Source: Bugula neritina (taxonomy: Eukaryota; Animalia; Bryozoa). Taken from it: DNA of 64,000 bases. Positions 14,732-27,354 of the stretch are shown piece after piece. The translations under genes were made by a program, and so were the position numbers. How positions within the stretch are numbered: the first letter of the stretch is position 1; every line of letters starts with the position of its first letter. Location of the stretch: contig OZ037770.1 in assembly GCA_964035545.1 (NCBI GenBank), positions 4,496,662 to 4,560,661 of the forward strand. Direction: 5' to 3'. The notes under the pieces were generated by a model that saw only the letters and a program-made list of their open reading frames with translations, had not been told where the DNA came from and did not search any database.

Positions 14732-14810
14732 ATAGTACTACTAATAGTACTACTGCTGCTGCTTCTACTAATACTCTGATTACAGCCACTATAACTACTG
14801 CTACTACCAC
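14645..14810. repeat. (ACT)n microsatellite
   Basis: Pure ACT run at about 14670-14730 with degenerate flanks. Confidence 0.95.
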
Positions 14811-14938
14811 CAGATCAAAATTGTCATTGACACATTGTTCAATACAAAACTAAAGAAATGAACTACTCAAATTTATGAAATAAAATTTTATTTTGGTTCA
14901 CTTTGCATATAGAAAATATAAATACTAATGAAATGGGT

Positions 14939-16020
14939 TCAGAGATTAAACTTCCGACGGCTGGTATCCATTTCATGTCTCTTGTGCATCCATTCATATT
15001 CACCGAACTTGGAGTCAAACGTCCCCTTCTGAATAGAACGCAGTTTGAGTGTGAATCTTGGGCCAAGCTCGTGCAAACCACACTTCTTCTCATTGCGGAA
15101 CTGAAAATGACATACAGTAGTAATAGTAGAGCAGTGTTTGAACTATACACTATAATATGTAATATCATTTGTAATATAATACAGCAGCTTTAGCTAACAT
15201 AATAATGATAATTTGAAGTAAAATATTTTATATAATACACAGATATCTATTTAAAAAGAAAATACTGATCTCCAATGATATCTAGATTAATGGGTACAAA
15301 CTTGATATCTCCAGTTTTTAGCTAGTTTCACAATTTAGTTGCTAATGTATATGTCTTTTTTGTCCTATTCTAAGAAAATTTTAATAAGTATGAGGGCTTT
15401 ATCAAATTTTGCTTGAATTCCTATACTTGAACCTAATCTTTTATTGAATTGGGAGATGAGGACCAGAATGAAAAACACCCTCATAGTTCATATAAATATT
15501 TAGCTTGTATTACGACAATGATGCTGCATTTCAAGGTTGGAACTTGGAACTCCCAACTCTAAATCTCCAAATTGGAGAATCTCTTACTACTGCCGTGTTG
15601 AAGGTCCAATGCACTCAGTCACCTGCAACTCGGAGCTGCTTGTAGAATGATTCAACTAAAACCATCATTAGCCCAAGCTCTAGTTCGTCATTTTTTTTGG
15701 GGGGGGGGGAAGGTGCTTGCTACATTCAATTCAATCTAAAGGAAAGATGCTGCCTTTCTCCATTACTTCTAAACCACCGGGGTTTCTCTACCACAACTAA
15801 TCTAATAACAACTGTCCCTCACCTGATATCTGTGATGTCTAAAGAAGATGAAGTCTCTTTGATTGTGAAATGTGACGACCCTGCGACCATTGAACTGAGG
15901 GTCATGAGGGAACAGCGAGGCAAACATCCTTCCCACGGTCAGCCCTAGCCTTGTGTTGAAGTTGTTGAGTATTACCTCTGGAAGAGGGGATGTCGTCTCC
16001 CCAGCCTTCCTTATTTCAGT
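14939..16020 (-). CDS. RPF1: Last two exons of ribosome production factor 1 (Brix domain); upstream exons not found
   Basis: Exon 16020-15823 reads [55 protein letters not shown]. Exon 15100-14939 reads [53 protein letters not shown]. Canonical splice sites, phase 0. Confidence 0.93.
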
Positions 16021-16149
16021 CTGAAACAAGAAACATCATAGCAAATAGCTGTGGAGATGCTGGATTACTCATTGTTTATTTGTACCCTTAATATAGCTAT
16101 AGGTAGTCCACCAGTATGTCTCACATGTTAGTTGAAACATCTCTTTACA

Positions 16150-16216
16150 TTGATTGATTGATTGATTTATTTATTACATATCACAAACATGACAACACGT
16201 TGCAAAATTCAGTGTT
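16150..16216 (-). mobile_element. Very short 3'-end copy of the LINE at 5220-6289
   Basis: Reverse complement matches 6223-6289 (ACACTGAATTTT...TGTTGTCATGTTTGTGATATGTAATAAATAAATCAATCAATCAA). Confidence 0.8.
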
Positions 16217-16435
16217 AGGATAAGTCCATACTATACAGTGTGATAACATTGTATTGGCCATGCCCATTCCCTTATATTATCAATATGCAGTCAACTACAT
16301 ACTATGACCTTGTTACATAATAGAATACAAGTATGTCAGGCATCAGACCAACTGAGCAACAGGAAGTAACAAGAGAGGACAACATATGATTGAATCAAAA
16401 TCAATATCAACACTCAATATTCCCCTAAAAAAAAA

Positions 16436-16646
16436 CTCACGCAAGTTTATAGTCGCTATCCCTGTGAGAAACCCCTGATAGAAAGGGTTTTTGTTAGAAC
16501 GGGCTAAGGACATGTTCAAATGAGGCACAGGAGCAATTATGACTGGATGCTCTTCCTAACATCACCAATGGCCTTTGTCGGGGTTTGAACCCACAACTTC
16601 GTGTTCACAAAGCGAACACTCTAACCCCTAGACCACGGCTGCTCCC
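16436..16646 (-). mobile_element. tRNA-derived SINE, copy 1
   Basis: Minus strand reads GGAGCAGCCGTGGTCTAGGGGTTAG (A box)...GGTTCAAACCC (B box)...CCATTGGTGATGTTAGGAAGAGCATCCAGTCATAATTGCTCCTGTGCC. The body is shared with the copy at 42590-42800. Confidence 0.75.
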
Positions 16647-18373
16647 TAAAAAGATGGAACCAAACTAAATTGTGCTCTGCTACTTTCATGACATTCAGTC
16701 AAAAATTCAATTTTGTCGAGTTGAAAATTTCACTGAGTTGAATTGCATTGGAAAAGCCACTCATCAATTTTTTTTCACTTGCCACAACTTAATTGGCCGA
16801 TTTTAGAATAACAATCAATGGGGAAGATAACTCTTTGTAGATATTGATATTCAATTATGACTCTAGAGACTGGATGACATACTTATAGTATGTTTATAAT
16901 TATATTGTCTAAGTTTTCTCAATTATTGCATTAATGATGTCAACTTGACAAATTCACTACAGTTTCAAATGGCATCAACTAACTAACTTAGAAAGGGAGT
17001 TTCCACATCAATATGATTTCAATGGGTTTCAGTTTTTAACTATAAAGGGGTACTCAGCCGAGTGAAATTGACTGAAACTCAGTAATTTAATATATTAAAA
17101 AAATTAAAGAACTTAGGCTATCTCCATTTCTCCACTACTGCTCCTGAATGCTTTATAAGTTTAGGTTTAGAAGTAAAAGGTTAAGTCCTTCAAAGGAAGT
17201 GACTTATTTAGCTATATGACTTATTTATAACGCAGGTTATTCTGAATTTCCAAATGACTGCCCCTACTTTGAGATGAAATCCCAGGTACTGGTCACCTTA
17301 GCTTACTTTTCAAACATGTCTCACTACAAGAGGGGGCCCAGGTAAGAGCCCAGAGTGAAACTGATAAACTGAACTGTAGGGAACGAAGAGGTCACATCCC
17401 CTCATACTGGGAGAGTAGCAGCTCGAATCTACACGACAACTGACCAATAAAAAAACAGAAATCAAAGAGTATTAGCCTGTGAATGTACCTGAGTGTAATT
17501 TACTGGGTTGGAGCTAAGGCTAACAAATATATTCCAACTACAAACAATTATTGCTGAAACCACTGAAGTGATGCTACAGCATAGAAAGTGTAATCAACTA
17601 TGTGAAATATCAACAGAGAAATAATACATCCGAATTAAATTTAAATAAGTTTGTGCCATCCACTACTTTTACTGTCATTACAGAGCTTGGTAACCTTGCA
17701 TTAATCAAGAAATAGCGTATTATGTACGTTTTATCTATATTGTTCTCCACTAGAAAAGATAAAAACCTATGACTTAAGCATAGAATTCTTTTAAGAGAAA
17801 ACAAGAGTCAATATCTGGTTAGTATCAAGGAAACAGGGACTATGATATTGTAGACTTTTATTTAGTGGTTTGTGCAGTGCTACATGATAGAATGGATAAT
17901 TAGTCCATGATAGTGTTACTTTAGTACTTATATAAAGGCTACTAGCATTGGGAGTGATCAGTCAGTGAGCGACTCAGATACTCAGTGAGTGAGTTTATTA
18001 AATAATAATTCAAACAACCTGCAGGACCCATTCACTGACTAAACTAATGGATATCCAAGCCAGTTAATGAATTACAGAGTAGATATACAAATGTCTCATT
18101 CAAATCAAGACTCAAATCAGTGTAGACCTGTCAGAAATAGTCAACAAGTGAAAACCTCACAGCTAGAAATCTACAGAATAATTCCGAAGGGTATAAAATG
18201 TCTCACTATGAGAAGAAAGCAACAGGAAACGAAATAAACTCATGTCACGGAATACCAATATAATACATTTCCCTCGCAAGGGAAATGAAGCCCTGACTTT
18301 GCTATTCATACGAGCAACATCTCTAACATAAATACAATGAGTATACAAGAGTGTAAAGATACAAATATTTTAC

Positions 18374-19041
18374 CTCCTGAAACAAAAGAGACAGGTGAGC
18401 AGCACTACCACAATGATAATGACACACAGCGCTACAGCCAGTCCAGTGATTATCATATCCCCCTGAGTTAGACCTCCACCACTACCTCCTTTGCCAGTTG
18501 TTGATGACGTAACTACATCTGGAGTCACTGCAAACATAAATATCAAAATATCAGAATATTGTGAGTTCTGTGGAATCATTCAAATATAAAAAACCATATT
18601 TTCAAACCACTAATCATTTGTTGATAATTATTAATAACCAATCACTGCCAACTATGAGTATTAAAGTTTATGCTAATCATGAAATGGAATAGGAGCATCA
18701 GATATGTACAGTTCTCTCTTTCTATCTCACAGATAAAGTTCTCACAAAACTGCACAAGTCATGAGAAGGGCTTGGACCCTCAGTTTGTGGCTTTTGTATG
18801 TGTGTAGGGAGAAAATGTGGTATGGATCAGTGAGTTAAATCTGGTATTCTACTATGTCATGAATTGAGGTTTCGTTAGCTTAGTGAGATACAGAGGGAGC
18901 ATAATAATCCAAAACATAATATTTTATACAAAACTAGACATAAATATCGTGCTGTATTCTCATAGCATTTATTAGAAACTAACTAGAATTTGCAGTTGCA
19001 GCTTGCAGAATCACCATGAAGCATACCCACAGCAGAGCCAT
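18374..19041 (-). CDS. Small type I membrane protein (signal-peptide exon plus short stalk/TM exon); 3' exon(s) unresolved
   Basis: Exon 19041-18984 reads MALLWVCFMVILQAATANS (phase 1). Exon 18527-18374 reads MTPDVVTSSTTGKGGSGGGLTQGDMIITGLAVALCVIIIVVVLLTCLFCFR. Splice sites are canonical and phases match. Confidence 0.65.
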
Positions 19042-20369
19042 AATCCACGCAGCTATCTTCTACAAATTAAAATAATGGTGAAATGAGTGGTTGAAAAAAT
19101 ATTACACTAAGATAAGATGAAAGTTAAAGAAACATATTGATTAAAATATTTAGTAAAAAGATCAGCATTTTAGCCCTAAAATAAAATAGCCATCACAGCT
19201 ATTCTGAAAATTAAAATATTCTCAGCAGAAGCTGGTCATTTCATGAAAACGTTCTATAGGCTTCGTGTTTCAGCCTAGACTAGTAGACACTATTATTAGC
19301 AAAGTTATTCTCTCATATTATATCCTATAAGTGCAGGATATGCTGCCTAACATACTATTTACATTGATAAAATAGAAACATTCCCGCAGCATTTTAATAG
19401 TAAGTCATCACCTAGGGAGGGTGTTGGTAGCCCCCCCTCCCCAGAGGAAAACAACAAAACTGTCACAAAAAACTGGAGAACCTTATTAAAACATATTAAA
19501 TCTAACTTAGTTTTTAATTATTGATGGTGACTTTTCATGGTGACTTTGAAACAAGCAAAATTGAGAGACTTTTTCTGATTATTTCTTCAATTTTAATCTG
19601 AAGAAAATCTGAGAAAATTTATTTTTATAAACTAATTCTACTTGCAGCCTATACTTGATACTTTACTTTAACATAAATAAATAAATATGTCTGAGCAAAG
19701 TTTAAAACTACGTTAAAGTTTATTGTCACCTCTACTTATTAGGCAGAAGACAGGAAGCAGGGGTTTGCATTGTTCAGTGACTAGTCAATATTTCAAAGGC
19801 TCATTTAACATTTTTACTTGAACATTTTCTTTCTAGTGCTTCATTTCTATTTTTGAGCAGTTCCTGTTTTGCATTACAGCCAAGAACAATTTACGTAACT
19901 TAAAGCTTAATGCCTGCTTAGAATCCACATTGCATTAGGCTCAGTATATATGCATCCAATTATGTTGGCAAAGAAAGCTTGATTTATAAATCCCCATTAA
20001 AAGTAAAGCCTAGTTACAGAAAATTATTTTAAAATTTATTCTATTTCTATAACTTATTATTGCAACATCTAACTTAATTTAAATAACAACTTGTTTTAGA
20101 ACTTCCATTTTCAAAGCAACAGAAATTCAGAATATTGTTTTGAGATACCTACACAATAGTTTATCTATCAATTTATTCACTAGAACAAATTAAATACAAA
20201 ATCACAATCAGCAGAGCTAATCACAGCTAATAGCATACTATGCTTTATAACGCTGACTATGTTTTCAACAGTAGCAGAAGATACTTATATTGATATTTAC
20301 AATGAGCAAAAATTTAAATTATGCCCTAAAAATCAAAAGACCAGGCTAGACCTAACTATCACTTGTAGT

Positions 20370-21270
20370 CAATTATTATAATTATAATGATAATTATGTC
20401 AATGCTACAATTCAAGCTGTTAATATTATTATTATTATTATCATACTAATACTCATTATAATAATCAACTATAAAGAAAGGTATAGTCATTGGGATTGTA
20501 ACACTAACAGCCATACTTATACTCCTAATAACAATGGCAATGATATTCATATTAAATTTGATAAGATACATAACTTTGTGAACACTAAAAATTAATAGTA
20601 AGAGAGAATAATTTAAACTTCAAATTATATATAACAATTAACATGAAAACTTACTGATACTAAAACTAATACTAATATTACAATCATAATGATAATCATA
20701 ATACCAATATTATTAAGAAAGTCATTATTAATTTGGAGATCATTATTGATTATTCAATATGAATATGAATATCACTATGAACACCGGAATACGTTGACAA
20801 TCACAATGACACTGATACGTAATTTTGAAGAGCAGAATGAATATGTTGTCAAAATCAAACTCAATGTGTTTTAGTATGAGTTTCATTCCTAGTTCTACTT
20901 TAATATTAGTAACCTTAAAACTAAAAGAGAGTGAGTTCAGGAACAAATAACGCGTAATAATCACACATAATTATTATGTGTTATTATATTTAATTTTATT
21001 ACGCGTTATTTGTTACTATTACTATTAGTATTACATTTACTATTAGTATAAGTATTAGTATTATGATAATAGTAATAGTAATACCATTGGCAATAGTGAG
21101 TAACACTAGTAATAGTAATACTAAGAGTAGGAGTGTAGTACAACTACTACTAGACCTAGTAGTACTAGGTTTAGTAGTACTAGTACTACTAGTAGTACCA
21201 GTACTAGTAGTAGTACTAGTAGTACTACTAGTAGTACTAGTACTAGTAGTAGAGTACAGGTACTGAGTAG
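20370..21270. repeat. Low-complexity TAA/TAG/GTA-rich tract ending in a (GTA/CTA)n microsatellite
   Basis: Degenerate trinucleotide periodicity; GTAGTACTA repeats at 21150-21250. Confidence 0.75.
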
Positions 21271-22309
21271 TACTACATCGAGACTGAGCAGTGAAAACTG
21301 ATGGTGATATGTACATATTAAAATATAAACTTATCCAAGTGATTAAATTACTTTGGTCAAATATTAATAAAATTATTAGCGACGCTAACCATTTATTTTT
21401 AACTTTAGAGTGCAACACTAACTCACCCACTGCCACTGTGACACTGACTGGAAGCAGCTACATTCTGTTGCAAAATGAGAAATGAATTAAATATTGTCGG
21501 TTTCAGCGGCTAGAGCGGCAAGAGTCAGCAATCAAAATGTATTGGATGCAGTGGGGGAGGGGGTGAGGTGCCGCTTAGTACACAACGATATTTTATGGAT
21601 TTACTACTACGTCTGAGGCCTATTTTAATAATCGATTGAAAATTACGACTTTGCTACAATACCATAAAACTAGGTGATCGATGGAAGCACAACTCTTATT
21701 TTAACAAACGGCAATTTCGTGTACGTCGTAAATTACCCTGTTCCCTGTAATCTGAAAATATTATAACAATATTATTATAGAGAGATCTGAATAATTTATA
21801 GACCCAAAAGTTGTAATTTTTTATTTTTTCAATTATATTTTTTTTTCAAATATTTTTTTTATAATTGTCACTACCCCAATTAGAAAACTTAAAACTTGTT
21901 TTCGAAACAGAGTAGAGACGACTCTGAACATAATTGCTATGATACTAGACAGCAGTAGATGCCATCATATGCAATTTGTATAATTTCCCCGATAATATCG
22001 AAAAAAACATATTGCAATCTAAATATTGTTTTTATTATGACCATAAATATTATTAGACGTCAAAATAGAATAATTACGCACTACAATTTTAAAAAACTGT
22101 TTGTAGCTGTAGTGCTTTTATCACAATAACTTTCTCACATTCAGCTCTTTCCAGCCTTAGTTTATTAGGTCTCAGATGACTTATTCGATGGCGATAGTAA
22201 TGTGGTTACTAGTTAATCGCTAACTCTAAGTCTAATAGTTATTTATTATGCTACATTTTACTCTATAACACAGGCTGTTTCATTTTCTTAATTACTGCAC
22301 CTACCTTAG

Positions 22310-22620
22310 GCGAGCCATAACATGACAATGCTACCAAAATAGAGAGGTTAGCCCAGATTCCCTACAGAAACCTGGATACAGCCGGCAGATGCTGGCCTTT
22401 GAGGCACACTCTTGACAAGTAGATGCTGAAGAGGGAGAGCTGTCTCGAATACATCAAAGGATCCACCAGTCGCAATCACTGCAGCTGCACCGGCCTCCAC
22501 AGAAATCTCCATATTGCTAGAATTGGTGCGAGGTCTGCAGGCTGGAAGGCCAGTGCATCCCATCAGCAAGTCAAGGTGCTGAAAGACTGGTTCAGCATTC
22601 TAACTCGGGACCTAAAGCAT
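22310..22620 (+). mobile_element. Decayed Gypsy gag relic related to the two Gypsy elements in this window
   Basis: HDNATKIERLAQIPYRNL (from 22321) aligns with [17 protein letters not shown] and EHATAVMKLAQIAYSDL of the other gags. GC-rich island with stops. Confidence 0.6.
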
Positions 22621-24651
22621 TGTATGGAGAATTTAGACGACTCTGATGGCAGTCCCTGCATCTGGAGCAAGAAGTACTGCAGAGGCCGCACTCATTTTTA
22701 TACACACAAGCATGATGTTGTAATACTGTTAGATTCTATTGGTTATCTTTTGTTAATGCAGGTGGCTGGCTATATTATGTAGCCAGGTACTTTCTTTGTC
22801 TAGTTTCTTCTCCTGTTATATAATTAGAGGGCCTGATTGTGACCTTTCTTATTCAGTTGTGTTTTTTAATACCGTGTTTATACTCTAGCGCAAAAAAACA
22901 AAAATAGCTTAAATTAAAGATATATATATAGTGTACTAACTTAAGTAAAATAACCCACATGTTCAAAGGTTTATCAGCCTAACTCAACCCGCACGTAATT
23001 CTTGCGTATTACTAAGACGCCAAATTACTACAATATCTCACAAAAATTTCGATATTTTAGTGAATTTGCTAATTAATACTGTTGTAGTTTTGTGCACTAT
23101 TCTTTAGGGTGTTATTGCGCGCTCAATAAATACTGCATATCACTGTGAGGTTATGTGAAGAACCGAACCAGTTGATTATTTGACGAGAGAACTGTATTAG
23201 TATTTCAAGTACGCACTTGCAATAAAAAGTCATATATATATATAAGTATAAAGAAGAAAAGAGTACAATTAGTAAAATGTTGCACAAGGTTAACCTGTCT
23301 ACTTAACTACCATCGTCTAGACTGGTGTAGATACTGGACGGCATTGTTTATATATGAGGGGTTGATCTTGATTGGATTAATAAGGTTCTGGTGTTGTCAC
23401 CATAAAGGGTGATACGGTGCCACACAGGGAAGCGCTATAACTAGCGGAGTTGTCCTCCTTGAGACAATAGTTGCACCATAATATATTGTAAGTCTGTAGC
23501 AGGGGCACTGAAGGGTGTGCTTCCCTAAACCACTGCAACATACTATTAATATTAGCTAGTGTTCTATTTCTTACATTATCTTTTTTAACCTATATATAAT
23601 TTACTTGTAGTTATAGTTTATTTCCACTTAGATCTATAGTTTTGTCTTAGACCTCAACTGTCTAGCTTCTGCACTGCATTCATGCAGCTGGATGAAGTCA
23701 TACAAGTATTTTGTACCAACATGACTCTGGAGTAGGTTTATTCATAGCAACTGTATTATTTCTTCTTATAAACAGCATATAATTATACTTTATTATTATA
23801 TTATTTAGTTGTCATGTTGTACTATTATATATAGCATCATTATAATGGTATAGTATTATTGCATAATGTATAGCATCCTTATATCATAGCATTGTTATAT
23901 ATAGTATCATCTTATAGTTTTGTTATGTATAGTAATATTGTATTGCATTATTGTGTAGTATTATTATATAGTACATATAGTTGTAGTAACTCTTTATTGA
24001 GTACAGCTGCATGCATAGTAATAATATAGATATTTTATATATTATTATAGGATATTATAATAGGCTACAGGGTGTCATTATGCAGTAGTCTGGTAAACTT
24101 TGTTTTGGTTTGATATTATATTATATTATATTAGTCTTCATAAGTATTTCACTAAGTCTGCCCTTCTTTTTCACATAAAAATATGTGTGTGATGTGTTTA
24201 AAATATTTAAAATTATATAGTACTTTTCTATAAGACAACATTATGATTAAAGTTCTGTTGATTAGTAAAAGTATTATACAGTTAGTTGAACAAAATATTA
24301 TTATATAATATGTTGCATGCTTGTGAGCACTCATACATAACCTTGAATGTTAAATTAAGTACAAATGCATAGTGTATGATTATATACAGTAATCATATAT
24401 TTGTGTGTATTAGTATTGCATTCATTTAATACTATACTCTATTTTATTTCAAAATATGTAGAAATTTATTGCAACTAAAACGTAATTCCACATGCAAGTG
24501 TTATGATATCATAATATATTTAGTACTGAAAAATTTCATTCGGTATTAAAGACCTATATTTGCTATCATTACATGTTTAGTATTAAGAATTAACATGGTA
24601 AATCACTTACCTCTCGTTTGTACTGACAATAGAACTATAATATGTTTTTAG

Positions 24652-24980
24652 GTTATGGAATCTACAGGAGTTACAGATACTAGACATATCAGAGAATAAC
24701 TTCACCAGTCTATACCATCTTCAGTGTGCAGACTGAAAAAATCTGCTAGAACTCAAGTTAATCTTCAATGACTGCATGACATCGTTGAATCAGCTGAGAT
24801 ACTATACTGCTAACACATCTTAGTTCTTTATACTAGGTGGTTGTAATGCTCTTATACAGCTCCTCCACTATAAACCTGTAAGAAAGAGGGTTAAATGCTG
24901 TGAGACAATACTACACACATTTGGCTAAAGGAGCAGGTAGAAATATTCCATTCGCTACAATAACTGTATTGTGAAAGACC
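24652..24980 (+). pseudogene. Frameshifted relic of an LRR-Roc terminal exon, paralog of the exon starting at 63259
   Basis: Aligns at nucleotide level with 63259-63580 (TCAGAGAATAA.TTCACCAGTCT, CCATCTTCAGTGTG, CTAACACATCTT, CTCCTCCACTA, CAATACTACACA, GGTAGAAAT.TTCCATT.GC.ACAATA). Same phase-2 acceptor; contains indels and stops; breaks off at the P-loop. Confidence 0.85.
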
Positions 24981-26006
24981 AGCTTGCAGAGCACTAATAG
25001 CAAGTGGTGTCTGCAGGCTGACAATGTTTGCACATATTAGGCTTATTTTACCATTGTATAAGTATATGATTTCACCTGTGAAATTTGCCTGGTTTACCTA
25101 GCTTATGATGTCATTTCCTGTCACTTTACACTCTTGCAGTGTTTCATTTCACTGTATATCATATAATGATTATTTTAATTGATTTGTTTGTTTTGTTTGT
25201 TTGATTTGTTTTGATTATTTCAATTATATATAATTGTTGTCTATTAATTCAACGTTATTTACTAGTTATTTATACCTCACCTACAATCTCAGAGCTAGTT
25301 TACTAAATTTTGCTTATATTATTACGGTTCAATTATTTCTGACCAATATATAATGCAAACACCTGTTCTTTATTTTGAAGGTAATTAGTTGTAATGCTTT
25401 TTCTCCGTTAGTCATCAGCATTATTGCCTTTTTCAATTTTTTCATCTAAAATTCAATTTTATACTCTATGAATAAATTGTATGTGTTTATTATGAACCAA
25501 GTCATTTATGAGTTCTAATAATTACACTCAAACGTAGAACTTTGTTTAGTTTTGAAAGACAAATTTATTGTCTAAAAGTTTGAAGCTAAAGAAACTAGTA
25601 AAAAGTTTCGATCTTTCATGGCAGCTGGTTGATAGAACATTTCAGCTGTAAAACGTACATTTAGGTTGGATAATAAACTTATTATAATTGGCGTGTTTAC
25701 AATTCTACAAAAAATGGTAAAAGTGTGGCTATACGTTGTGTGACAGCTATAGTTAATGCCTAATACTTGAATAAATAAAATTCAGTTAGTTTGCACAATT
25801 TTTTTAACTATGCTTATTTCTCCCTAAAACTTTGTTAATTTAGTGGTAAACAATTTTCTATAGCAGCATATTTTATTGAATGCATAGAAAGGCAAAATAT
25901 TCTATTGATCTAAAGAACATAATTATACTCCGATATGTGATACAGTATAAATATTATACTTATTTATATAATTGACAAATGAATACAGCTGCGTAGTGAA
26001 AAATAA

Positions 26007-26060
26007 TTGCCTGGCTGGGATTCGAACCCGTGACCTCTGGCTAACAAGTACACCACTGGA
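26007..26060 (-). repeat. tRNA-like or SINE head fragment
   Basis: Minus strand has a B box (GGTTCGAATCCCAGCCAGGC) but no complete cloverleaf. Confidence 0.5.
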
Positions 26061-27354
26061 CTTCTATAGGTATATTCACATGCAACACTACACATAGATG
26101 TGGTTTAAAAGTTTTTGAAAGTATTGTTGATATCCATTATAATAATGAGTATTGACATAGTTTAGTAAAAGCAGTATTCAGTGACCAATTTTGATAATGT
26201 CTCTCTATGTGTTCAAAGTTGCATTTTATGTAACCGTTTCAGAATGAAATTTTGTTCAGTAGATGCACAGATTTTCAAATTTTACTAGTGGTTATACTTT
26301 TACATATTTCATTGTCCTAAATATTATAATATGGATATACAATATATGTATCATTTACTAAAGAAATATTACTTTGAGACCTACAAATATTATTGATATA
26401 ATGGTGACTTAACGTCATATATATCAGAATTCACTCTTAATTGCCTGCCACCAGATTTGTTGGAAAAACAATTAGCATGAAGTTCAGCATAAAATTATTT
26501 GATGCTATAATATGGATTATGTATTTCATTAAGGAGAAAGGATAGGCTGAGTCAAACGCTGCAGTTGTGTTCTATACAATGTATTTGTTATCACAAGGGG
26601 ATCATCAGGTGAGCAGAAACTCTGCATATTTCAAGTTGATAAATTTTTGTGTGTAGTAATACCTATGTCAGATCAACAGCTATATTTGAATGTTTGACAT
26701 TTTCGAACATATGTAGAATGCTACATTGTAGTATAATATCATAATAAAATAGTATATTGAATATCATAGACAGTGACTAGTGAGAAAGTTGTCTCCCCTA
26801 ATGCATTCCAATACACTCACCAGCTTGCAAAGTTAGAACAAATCACACATAAATCCTCAAATATTAATTAATGCAATAATATAAATATAATAAACTAGTA
26901 TATTATTGATATTGATATTGATATTGATTGCGTGGAGCTTCGTGGAGCCACGCAACAACACTAAATTTATAACGTTTTCAACTCAAAGATAAGCATAAAA
27001 TTTAAAAACAACTATTTTTATTAATAAAATAAATTTTAATAACATAAATTCAAAAGTATTGTATTTTTATGCAACATGGCAGCCGCGAAAATTTAAACTT
27101 CTAAAATTCTAAAATTTAAACTTCTAAAATTTAAACTTTATTTTGAATAATTCATAAAATTAAAAAGTAGTTGCAGCTTCAACACAGCGTGCTAGGGGTG
27201 TTTTTGTTTTTAAAGTAAGAATTTAATATTGAATAGGGTGGTTCCTCCACCAAGTCGGTCTGATTCTGAATGAGTCAGACTGAAACTAAAAACGAACCTC
27301 ACTATAGTTACATAAAAGAACTAATAGAAGCAGCACCAAATGAGCAGTGACTAA

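Noticed and set aside
14578-14853. Poly-Thr and poly-Val ORFs
   Set aside because: Translations of an (ACT)n microsatellite.
20999-21436. Mucin-like stalk plus TM ORF
   Set aside because: Lies in a degenerate trinucleotide tract with no convincing donor, and upstream of the signal-peptide exon of the nearby TM gene.
23084-23540. Additional solo LTR ending CCACTGCA followed by ACAT
   Set aside because: Left boundary and TSD could not be defined.
26007-26060. Functional tRNA gene
   Set aside because: Only the T-arm/B box is recognisable.
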